A DNA stretch of 61,148 nt from Trypethelium eluteriae (lineage: Eukaryota): the NCBI GenBank assembly GCA_051942245.1, contig JAVECL010000077.1, positions 1 to 61,148 of the forward strand, given 5' to 3'. The position numbers and the translations under genes were made by a program. This document shows, piece by piece, positions 37,434-51,600 of this stretch. The stretch's first letter is position 1. Each line of letters opens with the position of its first letter. A model generated the notes under the pieces. It was not told the DNA's origin. It saw only the letters and a list, made by a program, of their open reading frames with translations, and made no database searches.

Positions 37434-39097
37434 TTCGAACGAGTGTCAAATGCAGGAACGTGAACAGCTGATTACTAACTCTGCCGATGGGCGAAAAAGA
37501 TGATGTGGATATCTACTATAATGGGACACAGAGATATGGCCTATTTGAAGTCCCCTTACTTGCACCTTGTCGGAGTGTGCTCGCGAAAGACTATTATTGG
37601 TAGGAATGCCGGTGAATGCAAGAATTCCGGTATAATGGATAGTCGGCAGTGTTAAAATGAGTGCATGCGACGGCCCAGAGAAGTTCTAGATTAGTGCAAT
37701 CGAGAGCTCACGGCCGGAAGCTAGATTTTAATGACTGCTGGCATCCCTCAGTTGTGGTGTATCCGTACACATTGACAACAAGGAATGAACAGTTGGGATT
37801 CGACAACTCCGCAGGCTTTGTCCTTACGATAAACATTGGACAATCGAGCTTAAGCTCTCAAACTGAGTTCTTTGATGGAGATCGAACGGGCTTCTCTCAG
37901 CCTATCTTTCATTGAGAGTACCAGAGAATCCCAAGCAGCAGCGCTTAATATGGCCGGTGCGTTCGTCGCGTCTCTACAGAAAAGCGTGCTCAAAATAGAC
38001 TAATAAGAATTGGTCACAACCAGTACTCTACGCTAGGATCGTGGAGGAGAGGCTGAAGGACAAGTGAGTCAGGTCTGGAGGTGGTGAATGTCAGCTCAAC
38101 GGCCGGTGAAGGCTTCGTCTGAATTTTTACTCTGGTGAGAGTGTCAATCTTGAGACTGTACTCAGCCTCACGAGTCAGTGATTGCAAGGGCCCCCCGACG
38201 ATCGTTTCATGTCCGAAATCGGGCGGGCTGCCATACTCTACCCCTCGCTCTCGCTCTGCTTACTGGACCGTCTTACTGAAAAATTTTCCGAGCAACGTAA
38301 GTAGACATAGAACAGTCGAAGAGTGAAGGGGAAGTAGATAGCTCATGAGGCGCGAAAGACCTGGGGCTCTGCCGCCGGATCTTGGGTTGTGCGCTCACCC
38401 TTGCCGCCGCCGCCACCTAAAGTACTTTATCATGCACGCAGTTACGTACATCTTTGGCATCGCTGAAGCCTGGAGTACGATATACAATAAGTGTAAAACG
38501 TCACTACACAGGGACACTACCACCTGCCATGGAAACGTACCTGAAGGTATACCATCAGAGCCTGTCCGCGATGAAGTCTAATTGACTTCGCACTAAACCA
38601 TGTCTGATGCCGCGTCGCTACAATCTCTTCAGTATTCTATGGTTGTAGGTCTGGTAGACATTATGAAGCCTTAGCTTGAGCTCTGATCGAGAGCATATAA
38701 GTTGCCAACTGATCAAAGACCCCAATCTCCTCTACAGCCTACAATGAATCCCTAAGAAGACTCATCCTCGGTCTTCGTCTGGTCTTGAGCACCGAAAGAG
38801 CATGAGATTGCTGTCTGAGGGCCCGTATTGTTTTCATCATTTCCTCGGCCCAGTCAAATAGGCGATATGAATGACGACTGGCCGTCGTCCGCTGTAAGCG
38901 TATTCTTCTTGATGAAGAGCGCAATCTGATGAGGCTCTTGCTCACCGGCTAGATCATTACCGGAATCATTCAGTGCCGCGATCAAGCTATTAGTCTAGCC
39001 TGGGTGAGTGTTCTTGTTGGGGTTGATTTCAGCTTGTAATAATCTAATAAGAGACCTGACGACTTCTTTCCCCAGATTTTCGTGCTTTTGCATTGGC

Positions 39098-39206
39098 GGC
39101 CCGTGTTAACGCCCCCTTAACATAGGCCAATATAGTCATAACAGTTGAACTGAGGTAACATTGTATTAATTACCAGTTGAGGAACCCCCCCAACCGCGGC
39201 AAGGTA
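39098..39206. mobile_element. Hairpin element, half copy E (apex plus right arm)
   Basis: GTTAACGCCCCCTTAACATAGGCC...GGTAACATTGTATTAATTACCAGTTGAGGAACCCCCCCAACCGCGGCAAGGTA. Confidence 0.82.
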
Positions 39207-40155
39207 TCTTTGCAGGATGCTGCACGCCATCTTTCACGGCACGGCACGCATCAAGCTACTGAGCGTGTCGGAGCGTGCCTGCAGGCAATACCGATTCTAA
39301 ATGGATTCTGGAAGAGTTTTGCAAGCTATCTCTGCACAAGCAATCGACGCTACCCCACTTACGGGTTCCGACATTTCTAATACTACTCTGGTGGGCCATT
39401 CCATTGGGTCAAAATCCTGACACCGTTGCACTCCTGTGATGAAACGATGAAGGCAGATAGAAGATTCTCTGCGGTCTTGGACATGAAGGCTGTGTGCAGA
39501 CTGCTGCCACTGCATGATAGACTTCTTTTTGGGCAAAGGCAAGATTTGACTGTATCTCCAACCCCATGGGCATGACCTGAAGTATTTACTTTTTCTGCCT
39601 ATCTTGGAAGGGTTCCGGAAAAAGAAATTGCTTTTCTATAAAACGATAACGAAGCGTAACGGGCTGATAAACCTTGGCTTCGTGCCGTACACTAGAGGCA
39701 GAGACATGCTCATTCGCGTCTTGTCTCAGATTAGGGCTTGCAGGCCTTCAGACCTTGCGCCTCAGACAATCAGTCTTATTACAGGCATCGAATCAACGAA
39801 AGGGACAAACAACCGAGCTTAGCCGCCTACGCCCCTGCACGTCTAACAGGCAAGGCTCCGGTTCAACCTTCAGAGCTGACCGAACAACTCCTCACTCGGC
39901 TGCCTGCGCCTCCAACGTCACTTGTACCGCAATGGCATGGATGTGGTGAGCACACCCTGTTGAATGCAGGAGAACTGTTTCAAAGGAAATTGGGATTGAT
40001 TGGATGATGCGTCCCTTGGCCGAGGAAGTGTTTACTTCTTGCTACCTGGTCTTTTCCACTAGAGATAGCTGAATTGCTGACGATGTCATATAAGAGATAT
40101 AACATAAACTCTCTGAAGGCATCGGACGGCAAATCAGTCACGCTCTTTGAACACA

Positions 40156-41710
40156 ATGGCTAATACTTTAGCTAATGAACTAGATCAACCATTGAGCACA
40201 CCACCATCAGGCGAGAAATCAGATTTCGGCAACAGTGCTACCAATCGAGTCTTTCAGCTTTACATTGTAGTCGGAATATGCCTCTCTTTAATCCTGATTT
40301 TCGCCATTGCTCGATTTTTCGCCAAGTGGAAGATACTGAAACGCAAAAGCTGGGACGACTGTAAATAGAGCCACATAATCTAGTGCCACTCTCAATAAGC
40401 AGTGACTAACCAAAATATCCAGTGACTTGCCTCCTTGGAGTGGTATGGATGTCTGGGTTTGCACCACGTGTCAAAGCTAAATTTCACAATCAGATTGGGG
40501 CAATTGCTTTCTCTTGTACTACGCTTGGAGGTCAGTATAGCACAAGCTTCCTCTCCCGGAACTCTCAAAGCTCACGCCATTCGTACAGCATGTATGGGAA
40601 GGGTTTTTGGGTATCATGAATGGGATGTTTCCATTGCGGACTTCACCACTGCTCACGCAAAGTCTCGACTGGTGGTCCGTAAGACACCTAGCTTTTGCAC
40701 CCCGAAGTTCAAACTGAGCTAATTATACCTTTCTCAGCTCCTTCTGATCTCGGAGTCCATGGCAGGACCAATAGTGTGGTTTGTGAAATTATCACTATTC
40801 GTTCTCTATTTAGAATTATTCCACCCTTTCAGATGGCTGCGTGTTACCGCAACTTATGGTATTGTAGTTACTGGACTATTCTACTTTGCAAGCATGATGG
40901 GCTTCATCATACTATGTACTCCCAGACATGGTCAAAGCGAGCTTGACTACCTTGCAGCTTTTGATTCTCCTAATTGCTTGTACCATGATCAGAGTCTATC
41001 AATTCTTGGAGGCGCCGTCAACATGGCTAGTGATGTATTTTTAATCATTCTACCACTTCCAGCTGTGTGGTCATTGCAGATGCCATTCAAAAAAAAAGGT
41101 CGGAATATCGGCGATGTTTTGCACAGGGCTCATGTGAGTGTGGACTATTCGACCCTTGGAGATCTTTTGTGGTCTTTGCACTAAACCTCACTAGAGCATG
41201 CGTTTCGAGTGCCCTTAGCCTGGGCTATCGAGTTGTCCTGGCCCGTAGCCACGATAATACGTGGTGGACAATCACTACGTGGATCATGACGTGAGTGAGA
41301 ATTTCATGAGATCAAATGTGGACGCTCAGGCTGAAGTCAGCGCTTCTAGCATTATCGAAATGACATCTGGCATCATGGTATGCTGTATGCCAACTATTGG
41401 TGCAGCGTACAAGAGAATCAATAAACCTGCCCTGAAACGATGGATCTATCCATCCGACCCACACTCCCGTTACTGGATTGCTTCTGACACTACGACTACG
41501 AGTAAAGACAGGAAGGGGGCAATTGATTCAGATACACTGTCAATCAACATCAGATGTGGACATGCTGGGACTAGTAGTTGGAAAGTATGGCCAAAACCAA
41601 GGAATAATATATCAAGGGAAGGCCCCGTCAATTACGACGAGCACTTTGATCTGCCCTTGGAAGAGACGAGTATCCAACGAACTACTGAGGTCCACGTAGG
41701 TGAATACTGA
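40156..41710 (+). pseudogene. PTH11-like (fungal rhodopsin-domain) 7TM receptor, multi-exon, with an apparent +1 frameshift in an A9 run (may be a sequencing error)
   Basis: ARFFAK..SWDD, G.GYHEWDV, FVKLSLFVLYLELF, NMASDVFLIILPLPAVWSLQMP, IIEMTSGIMVCCMP; the expected KKKVGISAMFCTGL lies in the next frame after 41089-41097. Confidence 0.75.
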
Positions 41711-42630
41711 TCAAGGGTCTACAAAGGCCAAGTAGGTTTTTCCAGAATATGTATATCCTTGTGTCGAAAATAGATATACCACACCCGAGGTATTCTGGCT
41801 TACATCTTGAAACACAGCTCAGTCACCTTTACTATCGCTAAATTTAGACGTGCACGAACATATCAAAATTCATGTTATGAAATACAAGGAGTTAGATATG
41901 TGAACAACAACGAAACCGTCATACAAGCGTCGTGTTGGATCTTGTCCCCTAGATATAGCGTGCTTACAGAGTCATCAATGATGGATCAAGCCAATCAGAA
42001 ACCACACAATACACCATTCTTCAATGTGTTCGGGCAGTTTTGAGCTATCGACGCTACATAAAGTGTCACGGGAGCGGGGATGCTAGTAACTCACTCACAC
42101 ATTTGGAAGATATATGTCTTACAGTACTTTAGTCAAAATTTTTGTGGTATTCTTGCGTCTGAGCATTGCATTGTTTTCTCTCTGGGCCTTGTAGATAGAA
42201 CCTGGAGAGTTCGTAAATGGAGGCAAATTGGATACCTAACGTAAAGTTGATCGCATGACGCTTGATCACTGGCTGAGCCAGATAAATTTAGTCGGGGAGC
42301 CCCCCTTAGGCGCACGCTCTATAGTACAAAAAGGTCGTGAATGCTTTGCAATACAATTATGTACAAAGGTCTCCATCGCCCGTCCAATCTACTATGAATA
42401 TTTACAAATGAACATCAAACTCCTAATCGACTGTGAGTCAGGGTCCCAAAGCCGTCCCATCTATCATCCTTTTGAAGATTCATGAGCCCTTCCGAATACA
42501 CAAGGCCCAGTCTCCCGCATAAGTGAAAGGTTGATGCAGGAAGGTAGTATGAGTTAAGCCTGAGTGGCAAAGAGGAAACTCCTAAAGGTCAATGCAGGAA
42601 TGCCACATAGGAGAGTAGGTAACCACCAGG

Positions 42631-45600
42631 TTATGGGTGTGGGAAGGAATTCAGGAACTTCTTGCTCCCCAGAAGAAGCTTGCTCTTCCGACTTGTGCTA
42701 CTGCCATTGTCAGTTCCCATCACCACGTAAGAGGGACAGCGAATCCAACGCGGTCAAAACTAACCTTGCTTCACTCTCTTCCTCACCAGCACCCAGCCCA
42801 TCACTTTGCCTCGATCCCAACCGCTGACTCAACCCCGAGAATCTCCTCCCCAAAGCATTCGCCCCTGCTCCAAACGAATTCATCCTTCCCATCCCAAACC
42901 CTCCTTCCTGCCCCTCCCCCGCACTCGCGCCCTCAATCGGCGTCGCCGGGGTCAACTCGATCCCCAATCCCGGCCCATTGCGACTCGCGCTTCTCACACT
43001 AGGCCGAACATTCGTGCTCAAGCTCCCCATCCCCAGACTCATCGCCCGCCCATTCGTATTCGCGCTTCGCAGGCCACCCCCAGAAACTAGTGGCGTGACA
43101 GCCGACGACGAAGACGACGACAACCCTTCCGGGATGCTCGAGCGCGAGTGCAAGCTCTGCGAGCGGCTGGGCGTGTGGGCGCCGAAGGCCGAGGGCGTGC
43201 TGGCGCCGCTGCTCTTGAGGCTGGTGCTGCCCCAGGAATCCGCGCGCATCGGATTGCCCTGGCTGTCGCGACTGCTGCTGGTGAAGCTCTGGCGCGGCTC
43301 GCTGGTGCTGAGGCGCATGCTGAGGGTGTCGTGCTCGTCGTCGTAGTCATCGTCGAGCGGGTGGTGGCGCGCGTGCGTGTGCTCGTCGGGGTCCGCCTGG
43401 CTCCATTCCCGGCTCGCGAGGAAGGTGCTCGAGTTCGCGATTTCGCGGAGGCGGCTCTGTTGGGCTTTGGTGGGTCGATGGTGGCTGAGCTTGTTCCCGA
43501 AGATGGCGCCGGCGTGGCCGATGAGCGCGCGGATCACGTCTTTCTTGAGTTGTAAGGCGAGGTCGAGGTTGCTCCACGTCTTGTTGCGGTATTCGACAGT
43601 GGGCATGCGAAATACCAGGTCGTGCACATCCTCAATGTTGCGGTTCCCCTTACCTTTGTACGATAGGCAAAGTACAACGGACGTGACTTTGAAATAAGCT
43701 AGAGTCATATAATTAGACGCTCGATTCATCATTTGCGTGAGGTCGTCGGAGCGCTGATTGTCACGCTTTTGCTCTTTTGATGCGGTCCGCTGTAAAAAGT
43801 TGGCAGGGCGGTTCCGCCCGGTTGCATTGCTTCCAACTTCACCAGCACCAACAAGGCTGGGCGAGTTGCGCTCAGCTTTGATTTGCGAAAGAGAGGCGAG
43901 GCTATCTGTAGAGGTTACTTTGTTGTGGGCCCCGAATCCGCGCGGGGTCGCTGATCTGGATCGATTGCTATGGGTGAAGATACCTAGGCGATGGCTTGTG
44001 TCTCGACCGCTCTTGTGCACGCTTCCTGCGGTCTTTGGTCGCTTATCAGGAAGGGTAAGCGTTGGCTGGAGGCGCATCTCGAGGGATCCGTGACCTCTAC
44101 CTCCTGAGCTAATGTCAGGACTGCTAGCCTCGGGAGACCCATGCCCGGAGCTGCTGAATTTGCGGTCGCCATCAATACCGTCTTCATCCTCTTCCTCAGG
44201 AGCAGGCTGCATATGTCTAACCATGAATGGCGAGAATGCACCACTGGACGAACCTTCACTTTCAATTGCATTGGCACCAAGGCCCGGAAAGACATATTCG
44301 AAGAGCTTCGTGCCGACTTCCCGTTCAAGTTGGACCGTAAGGGGAATAAGATTAACCTCGAAGCGATCAACTACTGGAATTCCTGCGATAGCTTCGAGCA
44401 TGTACCAATGTACTCGCAGCATCTTGGTATTTCGTGATTCTGGTATGGACTTTGTAGCGTCGATATAGGGCTTGATGATCTCCGGGTAGAGGGCATCTGG
44501 TAGAAGATTCAGCCCTTTCATGCTTCCAATCTGCATAACATTGGAATTAGAGCCATCGTTGTTGTCTGTCCGCTCGTACGAGGCATTTCGCAATTGGAAC
44601 TCGAGGAGCGACTCGTTCTTTTCGCGGATCAGGTGCCAAGCGATTTCCGATGCGGACAAATACCAACGTAGTAGCCCATTGGACTGAGCATCCGGCCCCT
44701 TCTCATCGGCCCTGCGCTGAGACGTAGTGATGGCTTTCATCATGAAAAAAAGCTCGTCCTCGCATATAGCCAGATCTTGATCAATTCTGATCCTATCCTG
44801 CCAGCCCCGTTTATCAAGGTATCGCTCATTGATCTGAAAATGCATCTTGATCTCCTCGAGCTGTCGTATTCGCTCTTGCAGCATGATGACCATTTCAGGT
44901 GCACCAGTCAGATCGCTAAAGTCTGAAGCCAGCATGATCTTTTCCAGACGTTCACTTCTCGTCTTCTCGAGTGGCTCACTATACATAAGCAGATCCATCA
45001 CGATTACGTACATTGCGTAGTATTGTGCGGAATCGCATATTGCTCGAAGGTGAGGAAACTCGATCCAAAGGTGATCCATGCGGGTCTCTGAATTCTCAGC
45101 ATCTTTTCCCCTTCCTGGCTCGGTTGCGCCAGTAACATCATCGTTGTACTTGAGGCGTAAAGTGTTGTATTTGTCATACCGTAAGCTCGCGGATGTTCGT
45201 TGGACAATGCGATGAAAGCCGTAAGGGTTCACGTGGAACTCAAACATGACCTCGAGAGGGACCCAAGGCGGCCAAGAAGCTCCCGCAGCAGTTCCGTACC
45301 GATTGCCTGAGTACATATGCAGGTATTCTGTGGAGAAGGTTTTCGTGCTGGTGACGAAGAACTGCACGCTATCCATAGCTGCCGCGAAACGGCGCTGCAC
45401 AAGACCGCTGACATCATCGCCAACACGATCTTTGTCCATGATCTGAATGACTTTGAGCTGCATACCCTTTGCTGTTACCAACACAGCAGACCTCGAGCTT
45501 TTCTCGCTCTGGAGCTGTATCTGTGGGGCAATGAGGCGAACATGGTAGCTATTCTGAGCCGTGAACTCCGTCGCAATGTCTTGATCCATATTATCGCCGT

Positions 45601-48600
45601 CATGTTTCTGACTGGCTTCTTCGACAGTACGCGACGGATCTTCAGCATTGACGAATTTTTTGGAGTCACTCAGAAGCTGCTCAATGCGATCTCGGATGTC
45701 CAGACCGTCCTCGTCACTTGGTGCTCCAGGTGTCGTAGGCTCCGAATGATGCCTTCCTGGAGTCGGCGCATTGCCCGTCGCTGCTCGTGAGTGCTCTTGC
45801 TCATCCAAGATGTCCAAGATGAATTTGACGGCGCGACGCGACATATAATACACAAAGCCTCGTCGCTGACTAACCTGGTGTATATACCTTAGGATGATGT
45901 TCCTTAGGCTATTATTCCACTTAATCTGTGCATTGTGGACGACGAAGCGATTATTGAAGTCGCTCGTATAGTCAGCGAGTGGGGCCGAGTCCAGGTTATC
46001 AACATATCCATCTTCTTCTGGCTGCGCTTTGGCCTCGAACCACTCTTCTGCCACTTCAGGATCCGGCACTGCTCGATTCTCATCGTTGTCGAGTCTTAGC
46101 TGCAGTGTACGACGCATAGCCTCTAGAAATTCTTGTTTGCGCTTTAAAGCAGCACTGTGCTTCTGGAGCATCTCGAGCTCGTCCTTTGCCTTTTGTGTCG
46201 AGCTGCTGCCCTCTCTTATAACTTGAAGCTCTGCTTCGCCGACAGCACGCTCGTTGTTCCTCAGCTGTTCAGAGATTTGGCGAAGTCGTTCATCAATCAA
46301 ATCAACTTGAACTCGACGTGGATCGTTTCTGGCAGACATGACGCAGAAATGCGTAGGCTCGTTCCCAAACGGACTACGTTTCTCGGTATTTGTCGTCTTT
46401 CCACGCTGGTGATCAGTTTGTCTAAAGTACGAAAACCTTGGTGCATAAGCAAGTGGCAGTATCTTGGTCTCGGGGTGGTGTTGAGTGGGGAGGATCCAGT
46501 CAAGTTCGACGAAATCGTCCATATCAATCCAGCCGTAATCATTATCTGGGATATGGAATCGAGACATGTCAGGCGTGGAAGGTTCGCCTTGACCGACTGA
46601 CGCTATTATCTCATCCGGCATAGTCTCGATGTCGCTTGGATTTGTGCCCTTGATGGAGGCTGAGACAGCTCGGAAATCGGCTGATATAAAGTCCAGCTGG
46701 CATTGGTTTATTTTCATTCTGCTGGTTTTGTTCTGCTTGTTGATCCCAGGTATTGGCATCGGGAATTCTTCACGCCGTTGATGGAGATCGAGCATAAAGC
46801 TATCTAGTCTCGTCTTGGTGCCTGTGGCCGAGACAACACCAGAACTGTACTCATCGGCATCCTTATGCTTGTAGATATGACTAAGGTAAACCGGAGACAA
46901 GCACACGTTGTACTTCATTGTGGCAAGGTGGCGACCAAATTTTTTGCTGGATTTTTCAGGACCAGGCCAAAGGTTTCCTTGTCGGACGGGCAAGGACATT
47001 GCTCCCTGGAACATGGACCACCAACTGAAGAAGTGGGTGAACAAGCGAGGAGACAAATGAATGCTATTATAGTTCGACGATGGCTTGAGGTTTGTGAATG
47101 ACCAGTCGCGATTCACAGGCGCGGCAATCGCAACAGACATATGGATGTGGTTGCTTCGGAAACCTCTGTATGCATCGTAATCTGGCGGCAGGGGATTTGT
47201 GGATTGGTCTGGATTCTTGAGAACAATTTCGTAATGGGGCTTGAAATCGAAAGATCGCTGGCGATCATCAACGTCTCTCTCGAATACCAAGCCAGCTAGC
47301 CACTGGACATCCCCAGACAGCTTCATAACCACCTTTTTGAACATTTGTCCAGATCGAGCACCCGTGGTAGCGGAACTGACGCTGCTGTTTTCACCTTCGT
47401 CAATGGCCCGAGAATGTCGCGCATATTGACTAAAGTCGGGTACGGCAAGGATATAGTCTCCGCTGTTTACGGTCATGAATTTTCGTGGGTCAGGATCTTC
47501 GCAGATACTCCATCGAACATCATTGCGCCAGCACATAACGAAGCCAGCACCTTGTTGAGTGACCATATATGGATCTCGGGAACCTGTATCAATTTAGTGC
47601 CTTGAGAATTTACAGAGATCAATTAGAAAAACAATGAATACCTTTTAGTATCAGATGCACGTCTCCATCGCCTTTCCAAGCAACGTTGACGCGGGAGTGA
47701 AAATTGAGTCTGATCTTATCCCAGAAGCCTACCCTTTCTGAAGGGTCAACAGGAGGCTTGGTAAATCCCTCAACCACTTGCATCATATCCTGGATTGCTG
47801 GTTGGTATGAAGTTCCCCAAGTGAAACGAGTTGCGGCGCTCGTATTGACATCGATCTTGACATCCGAGAAAGTCTTAACAGGCGAGACTGTGCGTGGAAC
47901 ATCAACGACCAGACCTTTAGTAGCACTTTGAGCATCCGTAGTCTTCGGAGGCACGACTGTGACCTGAACGTGCCTTGTAGACTCCTGATCCCTGAATTCC
48001 TCGGCAACAACAAAATCGGTCCGCAACGACAGGCTCGGAAGCCTTGGCGATTGACCAGGTCGGATCGCAGGCACGTGCAGCATTGGAAGGGGATAATCGC
48101 GCAGCGTAGCACGAGCTTCGCCCATGGTAATATTAAGATTCATTGGGATCAGGAGGCCATATTGCATATCCTTTGGCATTCCTTTTCCAATGTTATGTAA
48201 GAATTCGGGATACTGGTCAGTTGGGAAGGAGGGTCGATCGATAACGATTCCGAAATCACTGACCACTAACGCTGCCAAGGCGGGCCGTTGCGGTATGTCG
48301 AGCACAGATTCAGTCTGCTCAACATCGTCCGGCAACTCGTCCACGCCCCACAACATAGACCGAATGTCTCGCATTGCACGATTTTGGAATCGAAGACCAC
48401 GATCGATGCGTCTCTTCCAGCTCTGGGAATTGTACATATCAAGTCGCTCTCGCGCTTGTTTGATATTTCTCCTGGCCTGCCTACTGAGCCCACATTGGCC
48501 TTCGGTATCGTAGCGTATGCGTTTATCGTCCTTTCCGGAGGGAGACCCAGAACGCCCACGAGGTCTTGGAGCGTCGTCACGGGGCCGACTCCTCTTTCCC

Positions 48601-51600
48601 TCGTCCTCTGTATTAGGCCTCGATCGGCTCCGAACGTGGCTTTTGCCTCTGCGAGAGCCTTTCTTCGCGTCGTTTTGCTCTAATGTCTTGACTTTGAGCC
48701 TGAATGCTTCTTCACGGGCAAGTCGTTGCTGCTGTTCGATGAGTCCAAGACGGTAAATTGTTCCGAGTTTCCACTCAAAGGGGTCATCCTCGATCTCGAA
48801 GACGAAAATCTGGCTTCGGAGAGAAATTTTCGGGACGTGCGTAGGTCCTTGTGGTTCTTTCTGCAGTATATCATCCTCGGATCCTGTGATCAGACGATGA
48901 TGCAGTTGCTTTGTGGTCTTCACGACATTTGTAATATTGTCGAAGATGTTGTGAATGACCAGCTGATGAGGCACTCCAATCCTGATAGCTTCCGTGGCAA
49001 CATCGACTATTCTTTCTTGGGAAAAGTTCGCGCCATGTTTCCTGCGCTGTTCACGAAGGTCTAAACGCAAGGACTTTACACTTACTATCCGAGCCCAGGA
49101 CTCCTTTAATTTGGGCGATCTGGCATACAGACGGGCCAGGCGGGTGCGAAGAAAAGGTAAAGACCATCTATGGCGGCCAGCCTCCAGTCCGTAGACTTGA
49201 GCCATAAGGGGTGGCTCGCCTGGCATAGTCGCCTTCAACTGGAGCAGTGTAGATCTGAAGTCGATCGTAGTGATTTCGGGGGGCCCAACTGGTGTTATTT
49301 GAATGTCCGGATTCTGTATCCTTGCGTCGAACGACTTCTTCTCATCCTGAGGAGATACAGGTGAAGGTGATGAATTTGGCGAAGAGGGTTCAGTCTGCTT
49401 CATGAATGTATCCCGCAGAGCCACCACGGCGACTCCAATTGCATAGTGCCGGTAGAGAGAATAATTGGCATACACTTCTCGAGCCATAGAGTTGACGTGA
49501 AAGACAGGGCCTTGCATATCTGTCGAAGTTGAACAGGCAACCTCAAAGCGGGGGATGGAAAAGAAAGGGTCAGGTTCCCAGACTTCCGCTGATTCGACCA
49601 CAAAAGCATCAAGCCCTTGGAAGTGTACTGCCAAACGTCGTCCGTCTGTCACACTCCCCTGCCGCTTATGGATTGGAGATGGAGATGCAGCCCTTGGGGG
49701 GCCATCTGCGCGGCGAATGTTACTTGTCGCTCGACGTGTTGGTGAGAACATTGCAGCATCATCTGTACGATCCGCTTTGTATTCGGCGCTCCAAGAGGCA
49801 AGCTGTACTGCTAAGCCACGTGCAGTGCTGGACACTTTTCGATCATATCCAGCGATCTCGGCATTAATGTCAGAGCCTGAGAAATGGAAATGCCGAAGCC
49901 AGGTAGGCATATCTCTTAGAAAGCTTTGGTTCTGTGAAGGAGGAGTAGACTGGTCTTGTTTGGCTACACTATCCGCTCTCAAATGATGAAGAATCTGTCT
50001 GACGCCCTCACATATCTCCGGCCTGACCATGTAGATGGAGAATGTTTTGAGATCTCCTTCAGCCATGACCAAAATATCCGGTGTAGCAGAGACCTGTACT
50101 TTGAGCTCCATGGTGTCTGTAAGTAAGAGATTGTGCTTATTATTCAAGTGCGTCTGGTAGTAAAGATGATGGGAGGTGATACGGAGATTCGATGTGATAG
50201 AGTAATGGGATTCCCCGGTAGCCGAGTGTGAGGAATCAATGTCGAGTGAGACAAGCGACATGGTCGCTATGAGGAGATCGAAATCGTCGTCACTACGAGG
50301 GACTGCAGAGTTTTGTGGAGGTAAAGAGATACGGATGACGGGTTCGTGTATCGATATCTTAACACTGGCTTTTGGCAATAGGCGGGAGATCAAACGGTGT
50401 CTTCTATTTGGGCGGTGGCGTCTGCCGCCAGGGTTCGATCTTCGAGCTTTAAGGATGGCAAAGACTAGCGGTAAATGCTTGGGATCAAAATCCACCGATG
50501 GAGATGTGAAGACAAGGTTGGCGTAAAGAATATTGGTGTTTCGCTCGTCGAATGTCTTCCCTCGTCCTCGAGACATCTGGATAGTCTTTGAGGGCAAAGT
50601 GGTCCTCATTGTTGCTGTCGCCATTGGGATGTAAAGCAGCCGATCTGGATGCTCTTGACCATCATCGACGCCAACGGAAATTCCGACGACTGCAATGAGG
50701 GCCTGATGCGCAATATCGTCCGGCGAAAAATACATTCGGTGCGCTGGGCTTTTGGGATCCAAACGCAGTACGTCCAAGCTGAGTTCCTTCATCGATAGAT
50801 TCATGCGTATTGGACGTTTGGATCGAGTCACGGGGACTTCTCGAGTTACACCGAAGAAACTGATTGCAAACTGTATCTCATGTATCCCCCGAAGGATAGA
50901 GCTTACAAACTCTCTTGAATCTGATACGGTCCGCACTATTCGTTCCTCACGGCTGCCCGGCTGGTCAATCTCGTCCATGACTTCGTCCAACGAGACATCA
51001 CTGATATTTGCCGTCTGCCTACCGTAGACATCACGCATGCGCTTTATCTCATCGAGGCACGACTGAATTTCGTCGTAACGTAGACTCACCCGGCCAAACT
51101 TAAGCGCAATAGAAGCATCGCGCAAGCCATCCAGTTCTTGATAAAGAAAGCCGTGAACATTCAGTGTACAGTTATCAAGTATTTCGGAGGACTCGTAGCC
51201 TTTTGGGGTGAATAGGACTGATCGTATGGTGAAAATCCATTCCGCTGGCTGCTGTGCATGCGCCTTAGCCTTCTTATGTTGAAATAGCCGTGTCCTATCC
51301 ACTGTCTTTCTCCTTGTGTCCACGGCCATAGTGAAGCTTCCAATGTGAATTGAGCCCACATCAGCGACCACCAAAGTCGAAGCAGTAGCGACAACATCTA
51401 CCATCCGTATCCATCGTATTTTTCGATGTAGCCGCTTTATCTTCTCCTTCAGGTCAGTCAATTGTTCCCACGTCCGGCTTCTTCGCTCATCCGACTCTTC
51501 TGCATCGTTGACGAAGCCACTATCGCTGAGTGTGGGCGAGCGCGGCGGTGTTGAGGGTGGTGACGACTTGATTGCTGATCCATTGACGCCTCTTCGGTGG

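Noticed and set aside
42241..42310. GTAAAGTTGA...GTCGGGGAGCCCCCC resembling a hairpin-element arm
   Set aside because: Only short scattered matches; cannot be separated from chance by eye
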